Positions 32,930 through 44,039 of a DNA stretch of 64,000 nt are shown in pieces. Source of the stretch: Selaginella moellendorffii (taxonomy: Eukaryota > Plantae > Lycopodiophyta); assembly GCF_000143415.4 (NCBI RefSeq), contig NW_003314333.1, positions 505,237 to 569,236 on the forward strand, written 5' to 3'. Within the stretch, counting starts at the first letter, position 1. Each line of letters begins with the position of its first letter. The position numbers and the translations under genes were made by a program. Under the pieces are notes generated by a model. The model had not been told where the DNA came from. It ran no database searches and worked only from the letters and a program-made list of their open reading frames with translations.

Positions 32930-35119
32930 CTATACGTAAACGAAAGTTTGGCTGTTTACCTCTTCTGTCGCCTCCATTTCTTTCAGAAGTTGCTCCACTA
33001 GCTCCAGATTGTTGGTCTTCTGCAGAGCTCTTAGAAGCGTGCCGTAAGTCATCCTATCCGGTAGACAACCTTTGTCCTTCATCTCCCTGAGAACTCGCCA
33101 GGCTTCCTCCAAACGAGATGCATTGCAGAGGCCGTTGATAAGACAAGTGTAAGTGATAGAATCCGGTGTACAGCTTTGCTTCCTCATGATCTCCAGCATC
33201 TCAGCTGCTTGCTCGACTTTGTTGATTTTGCAGAGGCCGTCGATGAGCGTGTTGTAAGTCACCAGATTGGGAGCACAGCCGCATCCCAGCATCTCCTGGA
33301 AAACGTCAAAAGCTTTGTCAACTGTTCCGGCCTTGCACAAACCATTGATGAGAGCACTGTACGTGACCACGTCCGGAACACACTTCGCCTCTTTCATCCG
33401 CTCCAGCATTTTAAAGGCCGAGTCGAGGTTATTGTCCTTGCAAAAGCTGTGAATGACGATGCTGTAAGTCACCACGTCTGGCATCACGCCTGCTGCTCTC
33501 ATCCTGTCGAACAGAAGAAAGGCATCGTTAATCCGCCTGGACTTGCAGAGACCATCCACGACACTATTGTAGGTCACCACGTCGGGGTAGCACCGGTTCT
33601 TCACCATAACGTCCAGCCAGCTTTCAGCCTCTGGCAGCCTCTTAGCCTTGCACAGTGCGTCGATCAAGATGCTGTAGGCCACCACGTCTGGAGCACAGTC
33701 CATGCCGATGCTCATACGCAAAAGCTCCTGTGCCGAGTCGATCGCTGCTGCCTTGCAAAGCGTGTCGATGAGAGTGCTGAGACAGGCAACATCCGGCCTA
33801 CATCCACGTCGAATCATCTGCTCCAAAAGGTCGTGTGCCTCGCGTAGCTTTCCAGCCTTGCAGAACCCGGAAATGATCGTGCTGTAGTTGATCGCATCGG
33901 GAGGACACCCGGTTTGGATCATCATCTGCAAGACTTGGTGAGCTCGTTCCATGTCGTTCCTCCGGCAGAAGACGTGCATTATGTTGTTGTAAGTGATGGC
34001 ATTCGGCCTGTATCCTCTCTCCGTCATCTTCCGGACGAGCTCCACGGCACCATCCAAGTCTCCAACTCGGCAGAAACCGTCCACCAGCGTCCCGTAAGTT
34101 ATCACGTTTGGCTGGCATCCTCTTTGGATCATCTTGTCCATCACCCGGCAAGCCTCATCAACTTGATCCAACTTGCACAAACCATTGATCACTGTGGTGT
34201 AGCTCACGACGTCCGGAGGACATCCCCTCATCACCATTTGCTCCAGCAGCCAGAGAGCATTCTCCACACGGTTGGCCTTGCAGAAACCATGCAGCACGGT
34301 GTTGTAGCTGAAAACGTTTGGAGCGAAGCCATTGTCCACCATCTCTTCCAGGAGCCGGATAGCATCGTCTAGCCTGTCCGACTTGCTGAGCCCGTTGATC
34401 ATCGTGTTGTAAGTCACCGAGTCCGGCGGGCACGTCTTGCTCATCTCCCGAAAGTGGAGCACCGCGTCCGAGCACTGGCCGGCATCGCACAGACCCCTGA
34501 GGATGCTCTTGTGTACTCCAGCGTGGGCCTTGAGACCCTTTCGATTCATCTCGTCGAAGAGCTCGTAAGCTGGCAAGATCTTCCCTGCTCGTATGAAACC
34601 ACTGATCAAAGTGCTGTAAGTGACCGTGTCGCCGCCCCACTGCCCCTCGATTCTACTCCGAAACAAATCGTGAGCTTGGCTATACTGGTGAGCCTTGACG
34701 AGAACGTTGAGCAGGCAATTGCAGCAAAAGATCTCGTGCTGGTAGCCATCTCTCGTCTCGGCCCACTCGAAGAACACCAATGCGGCCCCTGGATCGATCA
34801 GTCTCTGGAGTACCTTGCCGACAATCTCTGGAGATAATTGTCCCCTATACTCGTCCAGAGCCACTCGCAATGCCTGCTCGTCACTGGCACCCTGGACAAT
34901 CCTCTCTAGAACAGAGATTGGACTGTCACTGCCCACCCATCTGTCCACTCTTCGCAGCGAATTCTTCTTGTAGAGCGCGAAGTGTTCCCGGATTGTGAGC
35001 CTATCTTGGTGCGGCCGGAATGTCCGAGGAGCGCTCACCGAGTCGCGTACCGTGAGCAATGCCGTGGTCGCCACCAAGCTCGATCGCTCCAGATTGGCGG
35101 CAGCCATCGCCATGGACAT
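32930..35119 (-). CDS. P-class PPR protein
   Basis: 729-aa ORF of canonical 35-aa repeats (PDVVTY..GLCK); the C-terminus may be spliced. Confidence 0.92.
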   Translation of the reverse strand: MSMAMAAANLERSSLVATTALLTVRDSVSAPRTFRPHQDRLTIREHFALYKKNSLRRVDRWVGSDSPISVLERIVQGASDEQALRVALDEYRGQLSPEIVGKVLQRLIDPGAALVFFEWAETRDGYQHEIFCCNCLLNVLVKAHQYSQAHDLFRSRIEGQWGGDTVTYSTLISGFIRAGKILPAYELFDEMNRKGLKAHAGVHKSILRGLCDAGQCSDAVLHFREMSKTCPPDSVTYNTMINGLSKSDRLDDAIRLLEEMVDNGFAPNVFSYNTVLHGFCKANRVENALWLLEQMVMRGCPPDVVSYTTVINGLCKLDQVDEACRVMDKMIQRGCQPNVITYGTLVDGFCRVGDLDGAVELVRKMTERGYRPNAITYNNIMHVFCRRNDMERAHQVLQMMIQTGCPPDAINYSTIISGFCKAGKLREAHDLLEQMIRRGCRPDVACLSTLIDTLCKAAAIDSAQELLRMSIGMDCAPDVVAYSILIDALCKAKRLPEAESWLDVMVKNRCYPDVVTYNSVVDGLCKSRRINDAFLLFDRMRAAGVMPDVVTYSIVIHSFCKDNNLDSAFKMLERMKEAKCVPDVVTYSALINGLCKAGTVDKAFDVFQEMLGCGCAPNLVTYNTLIDGLCKINKVEQAAEMLEIMRKQSCTPDSITYTCLINGLCNASRLEEAWRVLREMKDKGCLPDRMTYGTLLRALQKTNNLELVEQLLKEMEATEEVNSQTFVYV

Positions 35120-35382
35120 GATCCTCTTCTTTTCTTAAAGCGCGCCAGCGTCTCATCCCTTCACACATCCGGATAAGCGGTGCTTTGCTGCTAATCTCGC
35201 AGTAAAAATCTCTTGCGGTACCTGGCAGGGCGAATGCTGGTTCGATTCGCACGAAATGCGAAGGCGCCGATCGCAATCCTCGCGTCGCGATGGATTCCAT
35301 CGAGAGGACGATCCGCGCTTCCGCTCCTCCTGATCACCGCCATCGCCAAGAACCCTGAAACCCTAACAATCGCTGGGCATGG

Positions 35383-37503
35383 ATGATTTTGGGGAAATGC
35401 CCAGATGCTATCGTCGATCTCGTCCGGGCTTGTGCCCGATCCAGGCATCTGGGAGAGGCCAGGCGGCTCCACGCCCAGATTCTAGACAGCCCCAATCGCG
35501 GCAACAAGCTGGTGCTGGATCAGCTGGTGATAATGTATGGCAAATGCGGCAGTGTGGAAGACGCCCGCGAGGTGTTCGAGAGCATCGATGCGCCGGATGG
35601 CTACTCGCGCAATCTTCTCATGGTTGCTCACGCGCACAACGGGCAGATCCACGGAGCCAAACTCACGTTCGACAGCATGGGGATGAGGAGTGTGGTGTCA
35701 TGGAACGTCATTGTTCTTGCATTTGCCCAGGTTCGGCATCTAGAGGAAGCACGGATAATCTTCGACTTTATGCCTGCCAGGACGATCGTCTCGTGGAACA
35801 CCATGATCGCTGCCTACAGTCAGGCTGGGTCAGTGACGGAATCGAAACTTCTTTTTGATGCTATGCCTGGTCGCAGCGAAATCTCTTGGAACAGCATGAT
35901 CACTGCATTTGCCCAAAAGGGGCATTTTGAGATTGTGACCGCTTGCTTCTACAAGCTACCCAAGCGAACGATCGTGTCGTGGAACTCCCTACTTTCAGCG
36001 TTTTCTCAGAGAGGTCACACGCAGAAAGCCATCGAAATCTTTCGAGCTATGCCCGAGAAGGACACGATCTCCTACAACGCAATGCTGATCACTTATGCTC
36101 AAGCCGGGTTTGTGGAGGAGGCCAAAAGGAACTTCGACGAGATCCAGGAGAGGAGCATAGTCTCTTGGACAGCGATGCTCCAAGCGAGTGTCATCAGCAG
36201 CGATCTGGATGGGGCCAGGATCATCTTCACGCGAATGCCGCAGCACGATTACGTCTCCTGGACAGCGATCCTCTCGGCGTGCGCATCGAGCGGCCGGATC
36301 CAGCAAGCCAAGGACATCTTTGAGGAGATGCCCGATCGCGATCGTCACGAGGGCGCGCAGAGCGCGATCATTGGAGCGTATGCCCAATGCGGGTATCTCG
36401 AGAGCGCGAAGAGAGTGTTTGATAAAATGACCTCGCGGACGAGCCTCTCGTGGACCGGACTCCTCTCAGGCTATGCTCAAGGTGGCCATGCTGTGAAAGA
36501 AGCAAAAGATCTCTTCGATAGAATGCCCGATCACAACGTTCTCGCTTGCACGATGATGGTCTCGGCGTACGCACAGGACGGAGACGTGGTGGAAGCGAGA
36601 AAGATGTTTGATTCCATGGCAGAGAGAAACGAGGTCTCTTGGAACGCTCTTCTTGCCGCATATGCTCAAAGAGGAGATGTGGAGGAAGTGAAGCAACTAT
36701 TCGATCGGATGCCCGAGAAAGACGTTGTCGCGTGGACTGGTTTGATCCAAAGCTATGGTGAGGCCGGAAATCTCCTGGGAGCGCGGCGCGTGTTTGATCG
36801 CATGCCCGAGCAGGACGTAGTTTCGTGGACCGCCATTCTCTACGCGTATGCGCTCCACGGGCATCTAAGCGAATCGAAGAAGCTGTTCTTGGCGATGCCC
36901 GAGCGAGACGCGCTGTCTTGGATCTCCATGCTGGGTGGATACGCCGCCAATGGCGACGTGGAGACGGCCAAGAGTTTCTTCGCGAGAATGCCGCAGCAGG
37001 ACGAGATCTCATGCACGGCGATCATGGCAGCGTTTGCGCACAATGGCTACTGCTCCCAGGTGGTGGAGGTGTTCTGGCGGATGATCGTGGAAGGCGTCAG
37101 CCCGGACGAGGTCGCCTTCGTCACGGTTCTCACGGCTTGCAGCCACGCCGGGCTGCTGGAGACGAGCTGGGAGCTCTTCGTGTCCATGCGGGAGGATCAT
37201 GGATTGAGGCCTCTGAGCCAGCACTACCTCTGCATGATCGATGTTCTTGGGCGATCGGGATTGCTGTCCAGCGCGGAAGAACTCATCGCCACCATGCCGT
37301 TCGTCCCCGACGAGGTGGCGTGGGGGATGCTGCTGGCGGCATGCAAGGTCCACAAGGACGTGAGCCGTGCCGCGCGGATAGCCCGGGATGCTGTGGCGGC
37401 AGACCCCGAGGATTGCTCCTCGTACGTCTCGCTGGGCAACACTCTGGGCGTCACTGTGGAAGAGAAAGACGGAGATTTGCGCCGACTAGGTTTCATGACG
37501 TGA
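35383..37503 (+). CDS. PLS-class PPR protein with E domain
   Basis: 706-aa intronless ORF; HYLCMIDVLGRSG..WGMLLAACKVH..SYVSLGN. Confidence 0.92.
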   Translation: MILGKCPDAIVDLVRACARSRHLGEARRLHAQILDSPNRGNKLVLDQLVIMYGKCGSVEDAREVFESIDAPDGYSRNLLMVAHAHNGQIHGAKLTFDSMGMRSVVSWNVIVLAFAQVRHLEEARIIFDFMPARTIVSWNTMIAAYSQAGSVTESKLLFDAMPGRSEISWNSMITAFAQKGHFEIVTACFYKLPKRTIVSWNSLLSAFSQRGHTQKAIEIFRAMPEKDTISYNAMLITYAQAGFVEEAKRNFDEIQERSIVSWTAMLQASVISSDLDGARIIFTRMPQHDYVSWTAILSACASSGRIQQAKDIFEEMPDRDRHEGAQSAIIGAYAQCGYLESAKRVFDKMTSRTSLSWTGLLSGYAQGGHAVKEAKDLFDRMPDHNVLACTMMVSAYAQDGDVVEARKMFDSMAERNEVSWNALLAAYAQRGDVEEVKQLFDRMPEKDVVAWTGLIQSYGEAGNLLGARRVFDRMPEQDVVSWTAILYAYALHGHLSESKKLFLAMPERDALSWISMLGGYAANGDVETAKSFFARMPQQDEISCTAIMAAFAHNGYCSQVVEVFWRMIVEGVSPDEVAFVTVLTACSHAGLLETSWELFVSMREDHGLRPLSQHYLCMIDVLGRSGLLSSAEELIATMPFVPDEVAWGMLLAACKVHKDVSRAARIARDAVAADPEDCSSYVSLGNTLGVTVEEKDGDLRRLGFMT

Positions 37504-38242
37504 ATATTCTCGAACGAAGTGAAGAGGAGAAGCATATTCTTATCAAGATCTACGTGGACATCATCAATGAATGAATGTTTCCAGTCACCAGGCTTTGGAT
37601 GAGAGTGTGACAGAAGTGGCAAGGAAGCTTGGAGCAAGAGACTAGTGCAAGTTTCATGCGGGGCAGGTTTATCTTGAGATTTCCATCAATAGGCTTGCTG
37701 TTTGTCCATTGTTCAGATAAAAATATGAATTGTTTGGATTTTGGATCTCAATCCAAATGCATTTGTAGAGGACTTGGTTGAGCATGAAGATATCCCAAGT
37801 CCAAGGACAGTGCGGTCTATGCCTCACTGGTTTTTAAAAGTATATTCTTAAAGGTATTAAGAGGTATATTTGGTGAACAATGAATGCAAAGGTTTGCCAT
37901 CATTCACATAAAGTGAACTCCCCAGAAGAGGCTACTATGGCAATGATAAATCTCCAACATGGCCCATGGGACAAGAAGCACATATTTTTGTTGTCATTTC
38001 ATATGTCACACATGAAGATTTTATTAGAATAAGCAATTGAAATAACAGATTTCATAGTGATGTTTTAAACCACCTTAAACATTTTCTATTTTAATTAACA
38101 AATAAGATTATATTAACATACAAATCCTCCTTCAACTCTTTAAAAAACTTACTCTTATTATAAAGCTGGTTGTTCACAACATACATGTCTATAATGTTGG
38201 ATTCCCAGCAAGTTTTTTTTTACGAATACAAACCATTTATAT

Positions 38243-39118
38243 TTATTTAGTTAGGCATAATTTATGATTATTTGTCTCTGTATCCCATGTAGGAATATTT
38301 GGAGATTTTAAAGAATATATTACTAAATTACAATCATCTTGAACTTTAAGTATAGAATCATTAATACAATCGGACTTTAAATTTTGTAAACAATATTTAT
38401 TAATTATAAACCATTCTATCTTGCTATTTGATACCAAAATTAGATTTCCATTGTTTTGTATCTGAAGTCGACAGAATAAAACCCTGTTTCTCCCTGATTT
38501 AGAATCCCAAATTTTATTTACTCCTGAAAATAAAACTAGGTTGCAATCACTTTGTAGATATAATATGTTTTTCTGGTTTGGAGAAATTAAAAATTTTGTA
38601 GAAAATAAAGTATTAAAAGGTTTTCTACTTATTAAACTGCTAACAAATATATCACATGTGGAGAATGAGTTTATATTATAGTTCCTATTATAGAATTGCT
38701 CAGGTTCAGACTGACCATCTAAACTATAATAAATTGTGTATGTTCTTGCTTTAAAAATAGCCCATTCTGCAGCTTTTGCAATTAACATACTTTTACTTCC
38801 TTGTAAAACACTATTAAAACCTTTATATACATTTTCTGGCTTAGCTGTACTAGCTGCACCACATGATCTTATTATTTTAATAACTGCCATTCCTCTTGAA
38901 AGGAGAACATAATCAATATTATACCATTCTGGAGGGTATCTTTCTAAATCTGTATCTGTTATTGTATTTATTAAATTTTTAAACCCTATCCAAATCAAAT
39001 CCATATCAAAAGAACTAATTTCATTTTCTTTTCCAAAATCAGCATCAATATAACTATAACTAAAATTTTGAATATAAATAAATAATAAAACTGATAGGAT
39101 CAAGTAATATAAAGCCAT
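38243..39118 (-). CDS. Secreted chimeric protein: unknown N-domain plus GNA/bulb-type (B-lectin) domain
   Basis: 291-aa intronless AT-rich ORF; signal peptide; three QxDxNxVxY-like motifs (QSDCNLVLF, QNNGNLIL, QDDCNLVIY) and WDS/WDT motifs. Confidence 0.75.
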   Translation of the reverse strand: MALYYLILSVLLFIYIQNFSYSYIDADFGKENEISSFDMDLIWIGFKNLINTITDTDLERYPPEWYNIDYVLLSRGMAVIKIIRSCGAASTAKPENVYKGFNSVLQGSKSMLIAKAAEWAIFKARTYTIYYSLDGQSEPEQFYNRNYNINSFSTCDIFVSSLISRKPFNTLFSTKFLISPNQKNILYLQSDCNLVLFSGVNKIWDSKSGRNRVLFCRLQIQNNGNLILVSNSKIEWFIINKYCLQNLKSDCINDSILKVQDDCNLVIYSLKSPNIPTWDTETNNHKLCLTK

Positions 39119-41776
39119 AAAAATTATATAACAAAAAATATAGTAAATAAAATTTTAGTATAAGGTTATATACTTGTTGCCATTATACAAAAGGTAGCCA
39201 TATGTCAAATAGAACATAAATTACTTTTAAAAAATTTTAGTTTTAAAATAGGCTTCATTTATTAAAAAATTCATTAAAATACTATAATAAAAATTTATGT
39301 TTTGTCACATATCTATTTCTCTATATTTAGTAAGTACTATATTCATCATTACTAGCTATGAATAGAATTGAACCTTTACTTATAGGATTTAAACTCTTAT
39401 TGTAGTGCACGTGGTTTTGGCCCTTTATCCTATGGTGATTTACCATAGGATAACACCACAAAGCGCAACCTAAACCCTTTTTGTGCCACGTGACAAATGC
39501 CACATGTCACATGCCACGTGTCCAAAGGAACGTGGTGTGGAACCCGAGGTTCAGGGCCTTGGGCCACTGAACAAAGGAACGGTGCCAAACTTCCAAGCGT
39601 GGAGCCAAGGAGTGATGGAACCGAACCATGGAGTAACTCCCGAGCATAAAGCCCAAGGAGCGAAGGGACAGGAGCCCGGAGCGACTTGGAATAGTCCTAG
39701 AGCAACCAACATCCCATTGTCAGGACTAGCACGCAAAATAGGGCCAAACGGAGTCTAGCACTATTTTGGCATATTGGTGGCCTAACGCGAGGACATGGGT
39801 ACTCCACCAGTTAGCATGGAATGAAACTTGGGCTTAAACTCAAGCCAGATGCAGAACAAGGACAAGCATGCAAGCGGGAACTAGACTATGCATCTAGTTA
39901 GTTGGCCATGCCCAACCTACCCACTATCCCTATTATCCATACATTTGGAACCCCCCCACAACCCCGCCCCCCCCCCCCTCCCCCCCCCTCTTGAGGAACA
40001 CACGCTTTGAGCTTTCACCCCAAGCGTCCCTTAGTATCAGGAGTTAGTCTCTGGGACAAGCTCAAAACTTACTAAATATGGAATATCCCTAGATTGTGAA
40101 TTTTGACATGGGACGAACACCATTGTGTTTAGGACAATCTCTACATTCCGTAGATATGCCAAATAAGCAAATCTGGACACTTTCCATAAATAGCATTTGG
40201 GACCGAAATGAGACCAACACAAAGGGCATGATAGCGAGGGTGTTTTGGCAGACACGGTAAGCTATCATCTAGTGATATTGAGGGACCAATCTCAATATCG
40301 CGGGGGTTCTTGATACTAGCAAATGCAAGCCAATGACAGGAGTTTCTCAAACCAGGCCGAGTATGCTCAGCAAGAAACACATAGGGTTCCTACCTTATGT
40401 TTATCTGATCTAAGTACATGGTCATTGACCAGTTTCTCAACTAGCTCAAGTGGGAAACTGATAACAGGTCCAGCAATACTAACCTTCTGCCATCGTGGCA
40501 ATAAGAAAAGAATATCCGAAAGGACTAGCCGACAGGTAACTTTCAATACCCGAAGTCACATTTGCAACACTCTCCCCCCTAGGGAAGATTGACATCCTCG
40601 TCGATGCACACTCGAGTCTAGAATACCGCCAAGGAAACAACTCTAAAAAATGTTCATGGTATTCACACTATCTGAGAAATGCACCAACTTAAATGAGTTA
40701 GGAGGCAACCTCTTTGTCTAACGCGGATGCGCTACCAGCTCAGACACCTTCTGGCCGTCGCCGACAAGGAAATGACCAACAAAGTTAGCCACCCTTGCTG
40801 CTCTGGGAGTCACCCAGCTTACAAAAGTGTGATACGCCCCTGCCCACAGGAATATAGAGAAAGAAGCCAAAAGCCCCAACCCTCATGAGCAAAGAAACCA
40901 AACCCGTCGGTAAGGTTTAGATAGACTATTGTAAACAGGTAGTTAGAGTTGTTTATATGGTCACGCCCTTTCAACGGAATAAGGAACATTGACAGAGAGG
41001 CGGGTTATGTGACCAATCGATAGTAGCTACCCCATGATTAGAGATTTCAGCATGCACACGAAGTGCCGAAGCCAGTCTACCCATTACTGGCCCAAACTCA
41101 AAGATCAATAAATAGACAATATCAAAGTCATTAGACAATGATATCTTAGAGTCTTAAGTATTAATAATGCTTAAATTAGAACACAAAAGTATTCCAAGTA
41201 AGTTATCATCCGATAAATTAGTATTATAGTACAGAAACCACCAAGATCATCAATTTTGGAAACATAGGATTGAATATCCAACAAAATTCAATAGCTAGTG
41301 TATCATCAAAGAAACTCAATGATGAAATATAACTACCAAAGATTGTAGATAGTATGCCAAACAACTTACAAAAGATAACTCAAAGAACACAAAGTATCAT
41401 CGACTGGCAAGCAAAATGCTCGCGAATGTATCACCCGAAGAAAATAACATCCCAATCTATCATAACTAACTCGAGCAACAATTAACAGAACAGAATGAAT
41501 GTTGCAAGACCAACAAACACTCATTCCTACCAACTATTGCACTAGCCAATTTGAATAAATCCTGGTCAATAATACCAAGAAACTAGAGTTGCTCAAGCAA
41601 GTGTCAGCAACATCCTATTGATGTCTAAAACCCAAGAGACCAATCCAAAGCAAACCACAAAGAACATGTGGTATTCCAAAAAGCCATAAGCCATCAAAGA
41701 GAATAATTAATTATCATGAAAGAATATCAATCATCCCACCAATGAAGAGATGCATAATCATTGTCGAAGAAACAAT

Positions 41777-42926
41777 TGTAAGCCACAAATTTTTCCTTTC
41801 CACTTTGCCAGCTTACCTCGCCTATCCGTCCAACACTGCCTTGGCTTTTGCTAAGTTCCCTCGCCAAGGTTCTTGCCTATGGTACCAGCTCCTACTTGGT
41901 TTCAGCTACTCACTGCACGAGCAACAGAGTGTTAGCCATCCTTCCATGGATTCCCAAATCGCTCCCAATCCCCCTCCCCGGGTTAGACTGGACTTAAGGT
42001 TCGGCTACACTCCCCGCAAGCACAAGCAGCCAAGCACACCAAGCTTCCAGGTTCCTAACCTCCCTTGGTACCACAAGACTTGATCATGGGACCCTCTAAA
42101 TCCCAAGTCTTGAGTGCAACACTTGCTTCGGGACGCCGGGGCGAAACACCGTGGCCTAGCGGCCCGGTATGGGTACCTCTCGCCCCCCACTTCCATCCCG
42201 AAGGAAGGCCCAAGACCCTAGGAAGGGCGAGGACCAATGAGCCGCATGGTACTCAAGTGGGGCACCACTTCACATGAGCCGGGAGCACCGCAATCGGTTT
42301 CCCTTTCGGGAGTGGGAGCTGCTCTTGAGCACTTCCTTGGATGGCCCCTCCGGCACCAACCAAGTCCATGCTCACTCCCACCCAAGGCCCCTCGGTCCCA
42401 GTCCCAACCTCAAGTCGGTTTGGAAGCCCAACTGGAGAGTCCCTTCAAAACTGGTTCCTGGACCTCACTATCCCTACTATACTTTTGGAACCCCCTGCAG
42501 CCCCCCCCCCCCTGGGGAGACGCACGCTTTGGGCTTTCACCCCTTGACCCGTATTAGTATTTGGACTTAGTCTCTGGCTCGATCTCGGACCCGATTTCGG
42601 ATCCGACTTCGGATTCGGGTTCAGACTCGATCACGGACTCGATCTCGGACCCGATCTCGGACCCGACCTCGGACTCGACCTCGGACTCGGTCTTGGACCC
42701 GATTTCGGATCTCGGACTCCGTCTCGAACTCGGTCTCGAACTCGGACTCGAACTCGGTCCCTGAGTCGGTCTCGGACTCGATTCCGGACTCTATCTCGAA
42801 CTCGGTCCTAGAGTCGGTCTTGGACTCGATCCTCGACTTGGTCCAATCCGATGAACTCTTTGTCATTTCGGTCAAGCTTTTGGGGATCCTTTAGCCTACG
42901 ACATCTCGGGGAGTCGGTTCCTTACA
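41777..42926 (-). mobile_element. Solo LTR (1150 bp)
   Basis: TGTAAG...CTTACA termini; TSD ACAAT at 41772-41776 and 42927-42931; homologous to the LTR ending at 54586, which sets the orientation; CTCGGA-type tandem repeats at 42560-42840. Confidence 0.9.
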
Positions 42927-43441
42927 ACAATCTACCATCCCGAAGAATGGCAAATCATTCTATACCAACAATAATCAAGCAAAACCTTTGATAAGGATAA
43001 TCAACTATCTTACATGATAGTTAATCATCACCAATGAATGCCAGATGTAAATACTAACTTCAACATCGAAGTTATGAGCTAGAATGCTTTCCCCAACAAC
43101 TCCTAGCAAATGGCATATTGAGCATGAAATTCAAAGAACCAAAAGCTCAAAGAAGCCTATAGCCAAGTCATGCCTAGCAATGATCACGAGTCTCACATGA
43201 ACTAACTTCAATGCTAAAGAAGAAATCATGGTATAACCCACAATATCCTTCACAATACATCCAGAAACTAAACTTCATAATGCAAAGCTAATGAAGAGTA
43301 GATTTGCATCAATCCAAAAACCAAACATAATGAAGTTATGCTCAACAAGTGATCACTAAACAATCCTCCATGAATCCATTTATAGCAAGACGTAACTCAC
43401 TTTATAACAAGCTCAAGAAGAATCTGTAAGCTCCTGAGTTT

Positions 43442-43496
43442 GGACTTCTCGGGAGGTCACCCAGCCCAGTACTATTCAAACCCAAGGACGCTTAAC
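43442..43496 (-). ncRNA. 5S rRNA-derived segment (A-box/IE/C-box region) in TRIM LTR
   Basis: Minus strand GTTAAGCGTCCTTGGGTTTGAATAGTACTGGGCTGGGTGACCTCCCGAGAAGTCC versus plant 5S (from memory) GTTAAGCGTGCTTGGGCGAGAGTAGTACTAGGATGGGTGACCTCCTGGGAAGTCC. Confidence 0.85.
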
Positions 43497-43841
43497 CCCA
43501 AATATCCCAAGACCCTTAACCGATTGGAAAAGGGGGTGCACTCTTATTCATGGGCCCTTTCCCTCTATATTTGAACCCCATGAACCGTCTCTCAAGTCGT
43601 TCTCTTTGGTTGCTTACAATCCACCACGCTTCCCTGCAAGTTCACGCCCTCGTGAACGGAAGCTGAGAGCCGCAGCTCTCCCGAGAGCCCTGCTCTCTTG
43701 ACACCCTACCCCTCGGGTCGAGCCCAGCGGGAGCAAACTGGACCAGCCAGATGTCAATCAACATGTGGTGTGATTCCCCTAGCCAACCAACAGAGTCGGA
43801 CCCGAGACCCTCTCTGATACCAAATGTAAGCTCCTGAGTTT

Positions 43842-43896
43842 GGACTTCTCGGGAGGTCACCCAGCCCAGTACTATTCAAACCCAAGGACGCTTAAC
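43842..43896 (-). ncRNA. 5S rRNA-derived segment in the second TRIM LTR
   Basis: Identical to 43442-43496. Confidence 0.85.
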
Positions 43897-44039
43897 CCCA
43901 AATATCCCAAGACCCTTAACCGATTGGAAAAGGGGGTGCACTCTTATTCATGGGCCCTTTCCCTCTATATTTGAACCCCATGAACCGTCTCTCAAGTCGT
44001 TCTCTTTGGTTGCTTACAATCCACTTGCCAAAGGAATCC

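Larger units (their letters stand above)
43425..44018 (-). mobile_element. Cassandra-like TRIM with 5S rRNA-derived LTRs
   Basis: Two identical 194-bp LTRs (43425-43618, 43825-44018) with TGTAAGC/GCTTACA termini; 206-bp internal region; PBS TGGTATCAGAG (about 43812-43822, minus strand); PPT-like GGGAAGCGTGGTGGAT. Confidence 0.9.

Noticed and set aside
8275-37637. Numerous antisense or alternate-frame ORFs overlapping the transporter, PPR, ATPase and Exo70 genes
   Set aside because: Shadow ORFs expected from GC-rich coding sequence.
43442-43896. Functional 5S rRNA genes
   Set aside because: Only about 55 nt of the 3' half is present, embedded in LTRs.
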